This document shows, one piece after another, positions 9,995 to 18,223 of a stretch of 64,000 bases of DNA. Below the pieces are notes generated by a model. The model saw nothing but the letters and a program-made list of their open reading frames with translations, was not told the DNA's origin and searched no databases. Source of the DNA: Candidatus Calditenuaceae archaeon (GTDB lineage Archaea > Thermoproteota > Nitrososphaeria_A > Caldarchaeales > Calditenuaceae); assembly GCA_025059595.1 (NCBI GenBank), contig JANXDI010000029.1:157561-221560 (forward strand). The letters run 5' to 3'. Both the position numbers and the translations under genes were made by a program. The number at the start of each line of letters is the position of its first letter. Position 1 is the stretch's first letter.

Positions 9995-10558
9995 TTGAGC
10001 CACTACACCAGATTCATAACCCAGATACCCGTAGACAGGATACCAATACTGATAGGGACAGGCGGCAGCACCAAGCGCGAGATCGAGGAGCGGCTTCAAG
10101 TCTCTCTGCATATAAACTCGAAGGAGGGCATAGTTGAGATATCGCCAAGGCCGGAGGGTGGTGGACAATGGGACCCTGTAAACCTCTTTAAGGCTAAAGA
10201 CATAGTTGAGGCTGTCGGGCTTGGCTTCAGCCCCGACCGGGCTCTGGCCTTGACACAAGACGACATGGTCCTCACAGTAATCGATCTTACACCATACACT
10301 GGGAAGGACAAGGAGGATAATGCTAGAATTAAGGCACGGATAATCGGAGCTGGCGGAAAGACGCGGAGGATAATAGAGGAGACCGCCCATGTTTACGTTT
10401 CGATAGGACATGACACGGTCGCAATAATAGGCCGCGCCGCCGATGTGAGTGCCGCCCGAGAGGCGGTTGAGATGCTGATTAACGGCGCCCCCCACAGCTC
10501 TGTGTATAAGTTCCTTGACAGTTATGCTCAGAGAAGGAAGTTCACAAGCCTGTACTAG
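9995..10558 (+). CDS. Double KH-domain RNA-binding protein (archaeal Dim2/Pno1-like)
   Basis: Two KH GxxG loops: 'ILIGTGGSTKREIEE' and 'RIIGAGGKTRRIIEE'. Confidence 0.7.
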   Translation: MSHYTRFITQIPVDRIPILIGTGGSTKREIEERLQVSLHINSKEGIVEISPRPEGGGQWDPVNLFKAKDIVEAVGLGFSPDRALALTQDDMVLTVIDLTPYTGKDKEDNARIKARIIGAGGKTRRIIEETAHVYVSIGHDTVAIIGRAADVSAAREAVEMLINGAPHSSVYKFLDSYAQRRKFTSLY

Positions 10559-10649
10559 GCAACGATTCAGGAAGATGGTCTAGAAAGATAATATCTCGCT
10601 CCATAGAATAGGCATGAGTCTATTAGGAGGTCGGAGAGTATATCGGTAG

Positions 10650-12221
10650 ATGGTTGAAGTAAAGTTCGAGCAGATCTCACCGGCGGACTTCTTTTACCGC
10701 AACAGGGATATCGCCGGGTTTAGCAGCCCCGCGAGGTCGCTCTACATGAGCATTAGGGAGCTGGTTGAGAACTCGCTCGATGCCTGCGAAGTTGGGAGAA
10801 TATTACCTGAGGTCTCGATAGAACTCTCCCTCGAGGGGACGGTTGGTGATAGTGCGAATGAGATTTACAGGCTTGTCGTGCGTGACAATGGTATAGGCGT
10901 TGACGGTGAATATATTCCAAAGGCTTTTGGAACTATTCTGTTCGGTAGTAAGTATGGGTTTAAGCAGTCTCGGGGCACATTTGGAGTCGGCGGGACCATG
11001 GCCCTCCTACACGGTCAGATAACCACCAACAGGCCCTTCAGGGTAATCTCGAGCAGGGGCGGAGCCAAGATATACGAGTATGAGCTGATGATTGATATCG
11101 TTGCGAATGAGCCTCGAATAATCGAGAAGAAGGTTCACGAAAATAAGGATAATTGGCGCGGCACAATCATAGACTTCACGCTCGAGGCAGACTACAGCAC
11201 CAGCAGGTCAAAGATAATAGAATACTTGAAGATGACATCCCTCATCAATCCTCACGCAAACATATCCTTCATCGACCCTAAAGGAAGATTCTATTTCTTT
11301 AGACGCTTCACTAACGAGGTCCCTGAGCCGCCGAAAGAGGCCAAGCCCCATCCTCTTGGTGTTGATGCTGAGACTGTTAGCAGAATGGCAGCGGATACTA
11401 AAACTAGGACCGTATTGAGGATGCTTATTGAAGAGTTTCAGAGAGTCGGTGAGAAGACTGCACTGGATGTGCTCAAGCTAGCTGGAATCGACCCTCAGAC
11501 AAGTCCATCTGAGCTTACACATGAGCAGATAGCCCAGCTCGTCGGAGTTTTGAGAAGCTATAAGGGCTTCAGAGCTCCAGACACAAGCTCCCTCTCCCCC
11601 GTAGGCTCCTCGTTTTTAGAGGCCGGTGTTAAGGCGCTTCTCAGACCTGAGTTTCATAGCGTCGTTCAGAGGCCTCCATCGAGTTACTCTGGTATACCCT
11701 TCATAGTGGAGGTTGCAGTCGCTTGGGGAGGGGCCATAACACCGTCGGAGGACATTCTGCTATACCGGTTCGCCAACAAGATTCCCCTTTTATATGACGA
11801 GAGGGCCGATGTTTCTTGGAAAGTAATTTCTGAGAAGATTGACTGGGCGGCCTATAAGGTGCCGAAGCTAGCCCCTCTAGCCGTCATCACAAGCATATGC
11901 TCTCCGAAAATCCCCTACAAGACGGTGGGTAAAGAGGCGATAGCGGACAGGCCTGAAATCGAGAGAGAGCTGACTCTCGCGATAAGAGAATCTGCGAGGC
12001 ATCTCAGAAACTATCTTAGCAGACTCGAGAGACGGGAGGCTGTGATAAAGAGACTAAACATCTACGCAAAGTATCTTCCAAAGATTGCAAAATTTTCAGC
12101 TGAGCTCGCCGACCGGGAGCCTCCAGAGATTAAAGGGCTTCTGAAGAAGATTGGAGTGACGGACGACATGCTGAAAGAGGCGGAGAGGAGTGAGGCTCAA
12201 GAGGCTGAGCAGATTTCCTAA
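10650..12221 (+). CDS. top6B: DNA topoisomerase VI subunit B (GHKL ATPase + transducer)
   Basis: 523 aa. Bergerat-fold motifs 'ELVENSLDA', 'VVRDNGIGV' and 'GTFGVGG'. No top6A adjacent. Confidence 0.9.
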   Translation: MVEVKFEQISPADFFYRNRDIAGFSSPARSLYMSIRELVENSLDACEVGRILPEVSIELSLEGTVGDSANEIYRLVVRDNGIGVDGEYIPKAFGTILFGSKYGFKQSRGTFGVGGTMALLHGQITTNRPFRVISSRGGAKIYEYELMIDIVANEPRIIEKKVHENKDNWRGTIIDFTLEADYSTSRSKIIEYLKMTSLINPHANISFIDPKGRFYFFRRFTNEVPEPPKEAKPHPLGVDAETVSRMAADTKTRTVLRMLIEEFQRVGEKTALDVLKLAGIDPQTSPSELTHEQIAQLVGVLRSYKGFRAPDTSSLSPVGSSFLEAGVKALLRPEFHSVVQRPPSSYSGIPFIVEVAVAWGGAITPSEDILLYRFANKIPLLYDERADVSWKVISEKIDWAAYKVPKLAPLAVITSICSPKIPYKTVGKEAIADRPEIERELTLAIRESARHLRNYLSRLERREAVIKRLNIYAKYLPKIAKFSAELADREPPEIKGLLKKIGVTDDMLKEAERSEAQEAEQIS

Positions 12222-12273
12222 ACCGGCTTTTGTTTGAGACAGAGTTTTAAGTGGATTAAGTCTCTCCTCAGGC

Positions 12274-12791
12274 ATGTCTCCCGGGGATAACAGTTGGAGT
12301 CAGAATATTGGTATAGTTTTGGTGAAACATGGTGAGCCCCCGAAGACTTCCCGAAAGACGCATTTAGGGAGTTCTTCGAGCTTTTAGTTAGGCATTGCAA
12401 AGAAGAGGAGGAGAAGCGTCTCAGGGAGCTTGAAGAGAGGATTGCCTCTTAGCCGAGAACACCTGAGAACGACCCATACTTCCGCGGTCTCAAAAGTATC
12501 GCTGAGGAACCTGAGGGGGGCTTCAGAAATGTCTCGATAGCTCTCAACGAATTTTGTAAGGCCACTCTTCTGGACGCCATCAAGGAGGCCCTCAACTCAG
12601 ACGTTGATGTCGTAGTCATATTCACGACGATGTTGACTCGCGGAGGCCATCACTCTGAAGAGGAGATATCAGTCGTCATAGAGCATGCGAAAGCCATGTG
12701 CGCGAGGCCCACACTGTATGCATGGCCAATCGACGCGGCCGATGTGGCCTCTTTTACCACTGCTCAAATTCGAAAGTTCGTGAGGACATGA
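12274..12791 (+). pseudogene. CbiX/SirB-type sirohydrochlorin chelatase-like gene disrupted by a -1 frameshift in a C5 run (12337-12341) and an in-frame TAG (12450-12452)
   Basis: Frame 1 from ATG 12274 gives MSPGDNSWSQNIGIVLVKHGEPP (CbiX N-terminal 'VLVxHGS/E' His motif), then a stop. Frame 3 from 12342 gives EDFPKDAFREFFELLVRHCKEEEEKRLRELEERIAS, then TAG, then …DVDVVVIFTTMLTRGGHHSEEEISVVIEHAKAM…RKFVRT (CbiX second His motif 'VvPlFl..G.Hv.eDIP'). Not in the ORF track because each piece is under 60 aa or interrupted. Confidence 0.5.
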
Positions 12792-12799
12792 CGCAGGGG

Positions 12800-13483
12800 C
12801 TAAAGAGTATCGAGCTTTGCTCGGGCTCTCCCCTCGCTAATTTCGATGACGGCGCAGTATCCATCCTTAGCGGGGCCCGCATTCACGACGGGCACTTCTC
12901 CAACCCTTGAGATGCTTCTAGCCTCATGAACATGGCCGCAGCAGACGATTAGCGGCTTATGGTGCTCGACGAACCTCCTAATGGACGAGCTACCTAAATC
13001 TATGCCGGAGGCCGTTTTGCTGGCCTCAACACCGTCTGGCGGCGTGTGCGAGACAAGAACCAAGTTACTCAAACCACTCACTTCAAAACTCAAAAGTATC
13101 TCTGAAATCTGGTCTTCGTTGAACTCTATCCAAGTCCCGCGGTGTGGTGTTGTTTTACTCCCTCCGACTCCTGCAAAGATGTAGCCTTGTAGAGGCAGCT
13201 TCTTGGCGTGAATGTTTACTATGTTCGACGAAGACGGTCCATATTCCAAAAGTTGTGGTGGGTCGCAATTGCCTGGGACAAAAAGGATAGGTGCCTTAAA
13301 ACCTCCCGCAATCTCCACAAGTATATTCTCAGCCTCCTCCACCGTCCCAAAGTTGGTAATATCTCCTACAACAAGGACTGCATCCGGCTTAAACTCTTTA
13401 GATTTCGCAGCTACAGCTTTCGCAGCTCTTCGAGAGCCGTGAATATCGCTAACTTGCAGCACCTTCATGACGATTAGAACCAC
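12800..13483 (-). CDS. Metallophosphoesterase (calcineurin-like, YfcE/MJ0936 family)
   Basis: 'LQVSDIHGS', 'VVGDITNFG', 'GNCD' and 'CGHVHE' motifs. Confidence 0.7.
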   Translation of the reverse strand: MVLIVMKVLQVSDIHGSRRAAKAVAAKSKEFKPDAVLVVGDITNFGTVEEAENILVEIAGGFKAPILFVPGNCDPPQLLEYGPSSSNIVNIHAKKLPLQGYIFAGVGGSKTTPHRGTWIEFNEDQISEILLSFEVSGLSNLVLVSHTPPDGVEASKTASGIDLGSSSIRRFVEHHKPLIVCCGHVHEARSISRVGEVPVVNAGPAKDGYCAVIEISEGRARAKLDTL

Positions 13484-13574
13484 GAACTGTCCGTATATTA
13501 ATCCTGCTTAACACCATTCTACTGGCAATAGATTATCCCTGATAAGGCGTCCCGTTTTGCAGGGCATGAGCGGG

Positions 13575-13582
13575 TTAAAATA
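13575..13582 (+). promoter_or_regulatory. TATA box (ttaaaata) about 24 nt upstream of the nuoL-like ATG (13606)
   Basis: Lies in a 120-nt divergent spacer. Confidence 0.3.
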
Positions 13583-13602
13583 TCAACGTCTGGAGGGAGT
13601 AG

Positions 13603-15504
13603 GTGATGTTAGAGGCGTGGCTGATTTGGCTACTTCCAATGGCCGCCTCCTTCTTGATACCTGGTGTGATAAAGGTATCAAGGAGGGTGGGTGAGGTTTT
13701 TTCCGTCGCTGTAGTCGCGACCGCAGCTTTTCTGACCGCTCAGTTCCTGCCTTGGGTCTCTGGGGGGCAAAGCCTAAGGGTCGAGTTTGTTTGGATTAAT
13801 CTCCCTGGTGGCGGGGCGGTTCGTCTTGGAGTTTTGCTGGACCCACTCTCCGTCATCATGGCTTTAATCGCCACGGGAATTGGGGCACTTATTCTGCTTT
13901 ACTCGATCGGCTACATGTCGCATGAGAAGGATGTGGGCCGCTACTACTTCTTCATGACTCTCTTCATAGGAGGTATGGTTCTTCTCGTAACATCATCCAA
14001 CCTTCTCGGCCTATACATCGGCTGGGAAATAGTCGGCATATGCAGCTACGCCCTTATCGGCTACTACGTCCACCGTAGAGAGGCACGGGAGGCAGCGATA
14101 AAGGCCTTTGTAACCACGAGGGTCGGCGACGTCCTCCTACTCGCCTCTATATTGTTAACTTTCGCGGCCTTCAACACTTTAGAGCTAACCGAGCTAAGAC
14201 ACATCATAGAGGATAGGGCCTCAACAGTAGCCCTCGATATGGGACTTCTGATGCTTGTCATGCTTCTAGCATTCGGCGGGGCCGTTGGGAAGTCGGCTCA
14301 GTTCCCTCTCCATGTCTGGCTTCCTGACGCGATGGAGGGCCCTACCCCAGTCTCAGCCTTAATACACGCCGCGACGATGGTAAAGGCTGGCGTCTATCTC
14401 ATAGCTAGGTACAGCCTTACCCTCGTACCATTCGAGCGTTTCACACCCGCCCAGCTCGCTGACTGGTTCACAACGATCTCATTGATTGGAGGCTTTACGG
14501 CCCTTTTTGCGGCTAGCATGGGGCTGGTATCCAACGATATTAAACGCGTCATAGCTTATTCCACGATAAGCCAGCTTGCCTTGATGTTCACCGCCTTGGG
14601 GGTCGGTACCGCTCTCGGCTGGTTCGGGGGAGTCTTCCACGTTGTTAGCCACTCGGTATTCAAGGCGCTACTTTTCCTCGCCGCTGGAGCCGTGATACAT
14701 TATCTCGGGACAAACAACATCGACGAGATGGGAGGGCTGAGACGCTTCATGCCTATTACCTTTGCAACGTCTTTGGTCGGTGTTCTGGCTCTCTCGGGAA
14801 TCCCGCCCTTTAATGGCTTCTTCAGCAAGGATGTGGTCTTGGGAGCGCTTCTCGAGAGCGAGGCGTGGCTCCCTCTGATACTTGTCTCCACAGCCTCGAT
14901 TCTGACGGTCGTCTACAGCTTCAGGTGGCTAAGCAAGGTTTTCCTCGGCGAGCCGCGTCACCATCTAGGGGGTCACGGACACGCAGAGCCACCTAAGACA
15001 ATGATAGTTCCGCTAATCGTTCTCGCGGCCCTCACACTCACAGGCCTACCACCCTTCGAGGAGTCGTTACACCACTTCATCGGCATTCATGAGGAGCTCA
15101 AAATACCCACCGCGACATACGCCTTATCAGCCATAATCTTGGCAATAGGCCTCACCCTATCCTATCTCTTCTACATCAGGAGAGTCTGGAAACCCGAGGT
15201 ACTGAGGCAGAATCCACTGCTTAACTCAATACACGTCCTACTCGTTAACCGATATTACATCGACGCTGCCTACAAGCTTGTCTTCGTTGACGGGTTCACT
15301 AAGCTCTCGTCCCTAATTAGACGAAACCTCGAGGAGAGGGTTATAGATGGAGTCAACTACGCGGCTGCAAGAGGGTTTCAGAGGGTTGTAGAGGCTATCC
15401 GCTACATTCAGACGGGGAGCAGCAACCTCAACATAAGCGGGGTGGCCGTTGGGCTTATCATCCTTCTCTTCTTCCTCCTCGCCAGGCTGGCTGGGCTTCT
15501 TTGA
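13603..15504 (+). CDS. NuoL/ND5/MrpA-family proton-pumping antiporter-like membrane subunit
   Basis: 633 aa with about 16 TM segments. N-terminal 'WLIWLLPMAASFLIPGV' and conserved 'GWEIVGICSYALIGYY' / 'HAATMVKAGVYL' blocks of complex-I subunit L / Mrp A/D. No other nuo or mrp genes nearby. Confidence 0.75.
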   Translation: MMLEAWLIWLLPMAASFLIPGVIKVSRRVGEVFSVAVVATAAFLTAQFLPWVSGGQSLRVEFVWINLPGGGAVRLGVLLDPLSVIMALIATGIGALILLYSIGYMSHEKDVGRYYFFMTLFIGGMVLLVTSSNLLGLYIGWEIVGICSYALIGYYVHRREAREAAIKAFVTTRVGDVLLLASILLTFAAFNTLELTELRHIIEDRASTVALDMGLLMLVMLLAFGGAVGKSAQFPLHVWLPDAMEGPTPVSALIHAATMVKAGVYLIARYSLTLVPFERFTPAQLADWFTTISLIGGFTALFAASMGLVSNDIKRVIAYSTISQLALMFTALGVGTALGWFGGVFHVVSHSVFKALLFLAAGAVIHYLGTNNIDEMGGLRRFMPITFATSLVGVLALSGIPPFNGFFSKDVVLGALLESEAWLPLILVSTASILTVVYSFRWLSKVFLGEPRHHLGGHGHAEPPKTMIVPLIVLAALTLTGLPPFEESLHHFIGIHEELKIPTATYALSAIILAIGLTLSYLFYIRRVWKPEVLRQNPLLNSIHVLLVNRYYIDAAYKLVFVDGFTKLSSLIRRNLEERVIDGVNYAAARGFQRVVEAIRYIQTGSSNLNISGVAVGLIILLFFLLARLAGLL

Positions 15505-15516
15505 TGTCTTCTAAAC

Positions 15517-15523
15517 ATATATA
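15517..15523 (+). promoter_or_regulatory. TATA box (atatata) 26 nt upstream of the secE ATG
   Basis: Typical leaderless spacing. Confidence 0.35.
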
Positions 15524-15548
15524 GGATGGCGAGAAGGTTTGGTTTTGG

Positions 15549-15722
15549 ATGGGGTTTAAAGAGTTCGCCAGGTCGGTCGTGACAGTTTTCAGAGTGGCGC
15601 AGAAACCGAGTAGAGAGACTTACCTAACTTTTGCCAGGGTCGCGCTACTGGGGGTCTTCATTTTAGGTGTAATATCATTCCTAATCAGGTTCTTAATGAT
15701 AGCTCTTCAGGGTGGAGTATAG
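15549..15722 (+). CDS. secE: Protein translocase subunit SecE/Sec61-gamma (57 aa; below the ORF-track cutoff)
   Basis: MGFKEFARSVVTVFRVAQKPSRETYLTFARVALLGVFILGVISFLIRFLMIALQGGV: amphipathic N-terminus plus a single C-terminal TM. Its stop overlaps the GTG start of spt5. This is the canonical archaeal position. Confidence 0.6.
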   Translation: MGFKEFARSVVTVFRVAQKPSRETYLTFARVALLGVFILGVISFLIRFLMIALQGGV

Positions 15723-16192
15723 TGAGCAGTGCCGAGAAGAGGTTCCAAATCTTCGCAGTCAGGACAACAGTGGGGCAGGAGAAGAACGTAGCCCGTCTGC
15801 TCTCGAACCGGATAGATGAGGCGTCGGGCGAGATTGCCTCGATTTTCATTCTACCCGCACTTAGGGGTTATGTGTTTATAGAGGGGCTTGACAGAGACCG
15901 CATTGCCTTGCTGACTCAGGGTATGATGCATGTGAAGTCTAGGCCGATTACCGCTGTCTCGATAGAGGAGTTGAAGCAGCACATCATAGAGAGGCCTGTC
16001 ATCGAGACGATTAACGAGGGGGAGTTGGTGGAGGTGATTGCCGGTCCCTTGAGGGGTGTGACGGGGAGGGTTTTACGCATAGATAGGCAGAAGAACTCCG
16101 TAACGATAGAGCTCACAGAGAGCACATATCCCTTACCCATTTCAGTCCCTGCGCGGCACCTCCGCCCAACCAAGCAGCAGACCACCGCCTAA
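15722..16192 (+). CDS. spt5: Transcription elongation factor Spt5 (NusG homologue; NGN + KOW)
   Basis: 156 aa. NGN domain 'IFAVRTTVGQEKNVA'. KOW 'GELVEVIAGPLRGVTGRVLRI'. Confidence 0.85.
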   Translation: MSSAEKRFQIFAVRTTVGQEKNVARLLSNRIDEASGEIASIFILPALRGYVFIEGLDRDRIALLTQGMMHVKSRPITAVSIEELKQHIIERPVIETINEGELVEVIAGPLRGVTGRVLRIDRQKNSVTIELTESTYPLPISVPARHLRPTKQQTTA

Positions 16193-16232
16193 CGGCGTCT
16201 CCTTTTTTCAGGTATTTATTGAGGGTGGGTAG

Positions 16233-16748
16233 TTGCAAGTAGGCGTGGCTGAGAGGACTTTCAAGTTTCTTGTGGAGGGCGGCAAAGCGACTGCTGGGCC
16301 TCCGATAGGCCCCCTAATGACGCCGCTGGGCATAAACGTCTTGCAGCTTATCGAAGAGATTAACCAGAAGACCGCAGAGTTCAGGGGCATGCACGTGAAT
16401 GTCATAGTTAGCGTGGATACAGAGTCCAAGGCTTTCAGAGTTGAAGTAGGTGTGCCGAGCACGGTGGCCCTCATTTCTAGGGAGGTTGGTCTAGAGAAGG
16501 GGTCGGGGTCTGCTGGTAAAGAGGCTGTAGGAGACCTCTCGCTGGAGGGGCTTCTCAAGATCGCTAAGTTGAAGACTGAGCGGTTGAGAGCTAAGTCTTT
16601 AAAGGCGGCGGTGCTCTCCGTCGCTGGAACATGTGTGAGCATGGGCGTGACGATAGCCGGTAAGAATCCGAAAGAGTTTATCAAGGAGGTTAGAGGCGGG
16701 AAATATGACGACCTGTTTGCCGAGGCTACTTCTTCCTCTCAGGCCTGA
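16233..16748 (+). CDS. rpl11: 50S ribosomal protein L11
   Basis: 'FLVEGGKATAGPPIGPLMTPLGINV' is the L11 N-terminal signature. True start may be GTG 16245 (TATA 'gtatttatt' at 16212-16220). Confidence 0.9.
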   Translation: MQVGVAERTFKFLVEGGKATAGPPIGPLMTPLGINVLQLIEEINQKTAEFRGMHVNVIVSVDTESKAFRVEVGVPSTVALISREVGLEKGSGSAGKEAVGDLSLEGLLKIAKLKTERLRAKSLKAAVLSVAGTCVSMGVTIAGKNPKEFIKEVRGGKYDDLFAEATSSSQA

Positions 16749-17391
16749 GTTTAACTGGCGGGCTCATACTGAGCTTTAGGACGATTGATTTGATGTTTGC
16801 CCAGCCGTTCTCAAGCCTCGCGACGACCCTCTCTATCACTGTCCTCGCGTTATCTAATATCTTCTCAGCGGCCATCTCCTCCGTACCGACGATGCACATT
16901 ACCTGAGGCACTTTCCGAGTTCTGACCAGCACGCTTCTCCTGTGCCTGGCAGCAAACTCGTCGATGTCCACGTTTGCCGGTATCGGAGTGGGAGCTTTAC
17001 CCACGCCTCCCAGCGCGGCCCCGAGGGCTCGGGCGGCGACTGGGACGAGCTGAGGCTCGATGAGGAAAAAGTCAAACTCCCTTACTAGCTTCTTCGCAGC
17101 CTTCTTGTTCCCGATTAGTGCCTCTATCTCCTGCCTCTCAAAGACCCTGTCCACGTTGGGGGACCTAGACGCCCTGAATGCAAGCTCACCAGTAGCCACC
17201 ACGGCAATCCGCTTAGATGCGGAGCCAAGACCATGGGGAAGCTCAACAACCTCACTAAAACGTTTCTCAGGCTTGCTGACATCCACATCCTTTAAGTTGA
17301 TTACGAGTTCGACAGACTGTGTAAGCCCCCTCTTCATCTTCTTCTCGAGAGCCTCTCGGAGGCCCTTCTCCAGGTTCACGACGGTCGACAT
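16726..17391 (-). CDS. rpl1: 50S ribosomal protein L1; start taken as Met16 of the track ORF
   Basis: Aligns along its whole length with archaeal L1 (…KPEKRFSEVVELPHGLG…IAVVATGELA…FDFFLIEPQLVPV…VKLRPERKK). On the opposite strand to L11. Its 3' end overlaps rpl11 by 23 nt. Confidence 0.85.
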   Translation of the reverse strand: MSTVVNLEKGLREALEKKMKRGLTQSVELVINLKDVDVSKPEKRFSEVVELPHGLGSASKRIAVVATGELAFRASRSPNVDRVFERQEIEALIGNKKAAKKLVREFDFFLIEPQLVPVAARALGAALGGVGKAPTPIPANVDIDEFAARHRRSVLVRTRKVPQVMCIVGTEEMAAEKILDNARTVIERVVARLENGWANIKSIVLKLSMSPPVKLRPERKK

Positions 17392-17425
17392 TCCTCGGAA
17401 GACAGTGTGGCGGCTTTCTAATAGG

Positions 17426-17433
17426 TTTATAAT
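17426..17433 (-). promoter_or_regulatory. TATA box (attataaa on the minus strand) about 35 nt upstream of the rpl1 ATG at 17391
   Basis: Supports rpl1 having its own promoter and Met16 being the start. Confidence 0.3.
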
Positions 17434-17459
17434 CATTTGAGGGTTGTGTTTGTTTTGGC

Positions 17460-18170
17460 CTAGATTTTGAGAAGTATTTCCGGGTCCCTGCTAGAGCGGA
17501 TCTTTTCTCCCTCTCCCTCTTGGAGCCAAGTCATCCAGCATAGTTCGATAGGCCTCACGCCGGCCTCGTGGGCTATACTTGTTGCCTCCTCAATAAACTC
17601 CAAATCTCCCCTCACTGGGCTGAAGCCGCACTCGGTAAGCATTTTGTTTAGCACACGCTTCACGACTCTGTCGGGCATAACAGTATCGACTCCACCCATC
17701 ATCCTTAGATACTGGTAAGTCACGAGCCCTACGCCTTTTATCGAGCCTATAGGGTTGAGCCTCCATTTTTGGAGGACTGATTTGGAGGCCCAGTTCCTGA
17801 GGGCCTCCCTGTCGCTCTTACCATAGTTCTTGAGGGCCGAGGCCACTTCTTTGGCCACGCTCCAGCACCTCTCGTTTCTCCATAGATTCAGAAAGTCCTT
17901 CACGTTTATCTGTGCAAGCTGCTGAAGAGAGGCAACGGCACCGCCCTCAACGAACCTCTCAGAGAAAAGCCTAACCCTTGGAACAACTAGGTCAAAATAG
18001 TTCAGGCCGCTCGACGTTAGAGCTGCGTCGACAACCATCAGCACCACGCTACCACCCCAGCGATCCGTCTTGAGACACCTGTCGCAGGCTGCTGTGAGGT
18101 GGGGGTTTGCGGCTACCGCTTCGAGAATCTTCTTTTTCAGCCTCTCCCTGTCTCCCACATCTAGATTCAT
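17460..18170 (-). CDS. HhH-GPD superfamily DNA glycosylase, possibly AGOG-type 8-oxoguanine glycosylase/lyase
   Basis: 236 aa. Helix-hairpin-helix plus Gly/Pro…Asp motif 'SIKGVGLVTYQYLRMMGGVDTVMPDRVVKRVL'. Lys in 'IKGVG' could be the lyase nucleophile. Confidence 0.45.
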   Translation of the reverse strand: MNLDVGDRERLKKKILEAVAANPHLTAACDRCLKTDRWGGSVVLMVVDAALTSSGLNYFDLVVPRVRLFSERFVEGGAVASLQQLAQINVKDFLNLWRNERCWSVAKEVASALKNYGKSDREALRNWASKSVLQKWRLNPIGSIKGVGLVTYQYLRMMGGVDTVMPDRVVKRVLNKMLTECGFSPVRGDLEFIEEATSIAHEAGVRPIELCWMTWLQEGEGEKIRSSRDPEILLKI

Positions 18171-18185
18171 GGTCTGTTCAGATGC

Positions 18186-18195
18186 AATTTAAATA
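18186..18195. promoter_or_regulatory. Near-palindromic TATA element (aatttaaata) in the 53-nt divergent spacer between the glycosylase gene and rpl10
   Basis: About 21 nt from the minus-strand ATG (18170) and about 29 nt from the plus-strand ATG (18224). Confidence 0.35.
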
Positions 18196-18223
18196 GTTGG
18201 CTGGCGTTGCTTTAATCAAAGTC

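Noticed and set aside
9932-10495. 187-aa ORF on the minus strand, fully antisense to the KH-domain gene
   Set aside because: The sense-strand gene has clear KH GxxG motifs. The antisense ORF has biased, low-complexity composition typical of GC-rich shadow ORFs.
12698-12910. 70-aa plus-strand ORF (MREAHTVCMANRRGRCGLF…)
   Set aside because: It is out of frame with, and overlaps, the CbiX-like reading frame and the convergent phosphoesterase gene. Its composition is Arg/Cys-rich and not protein-like.
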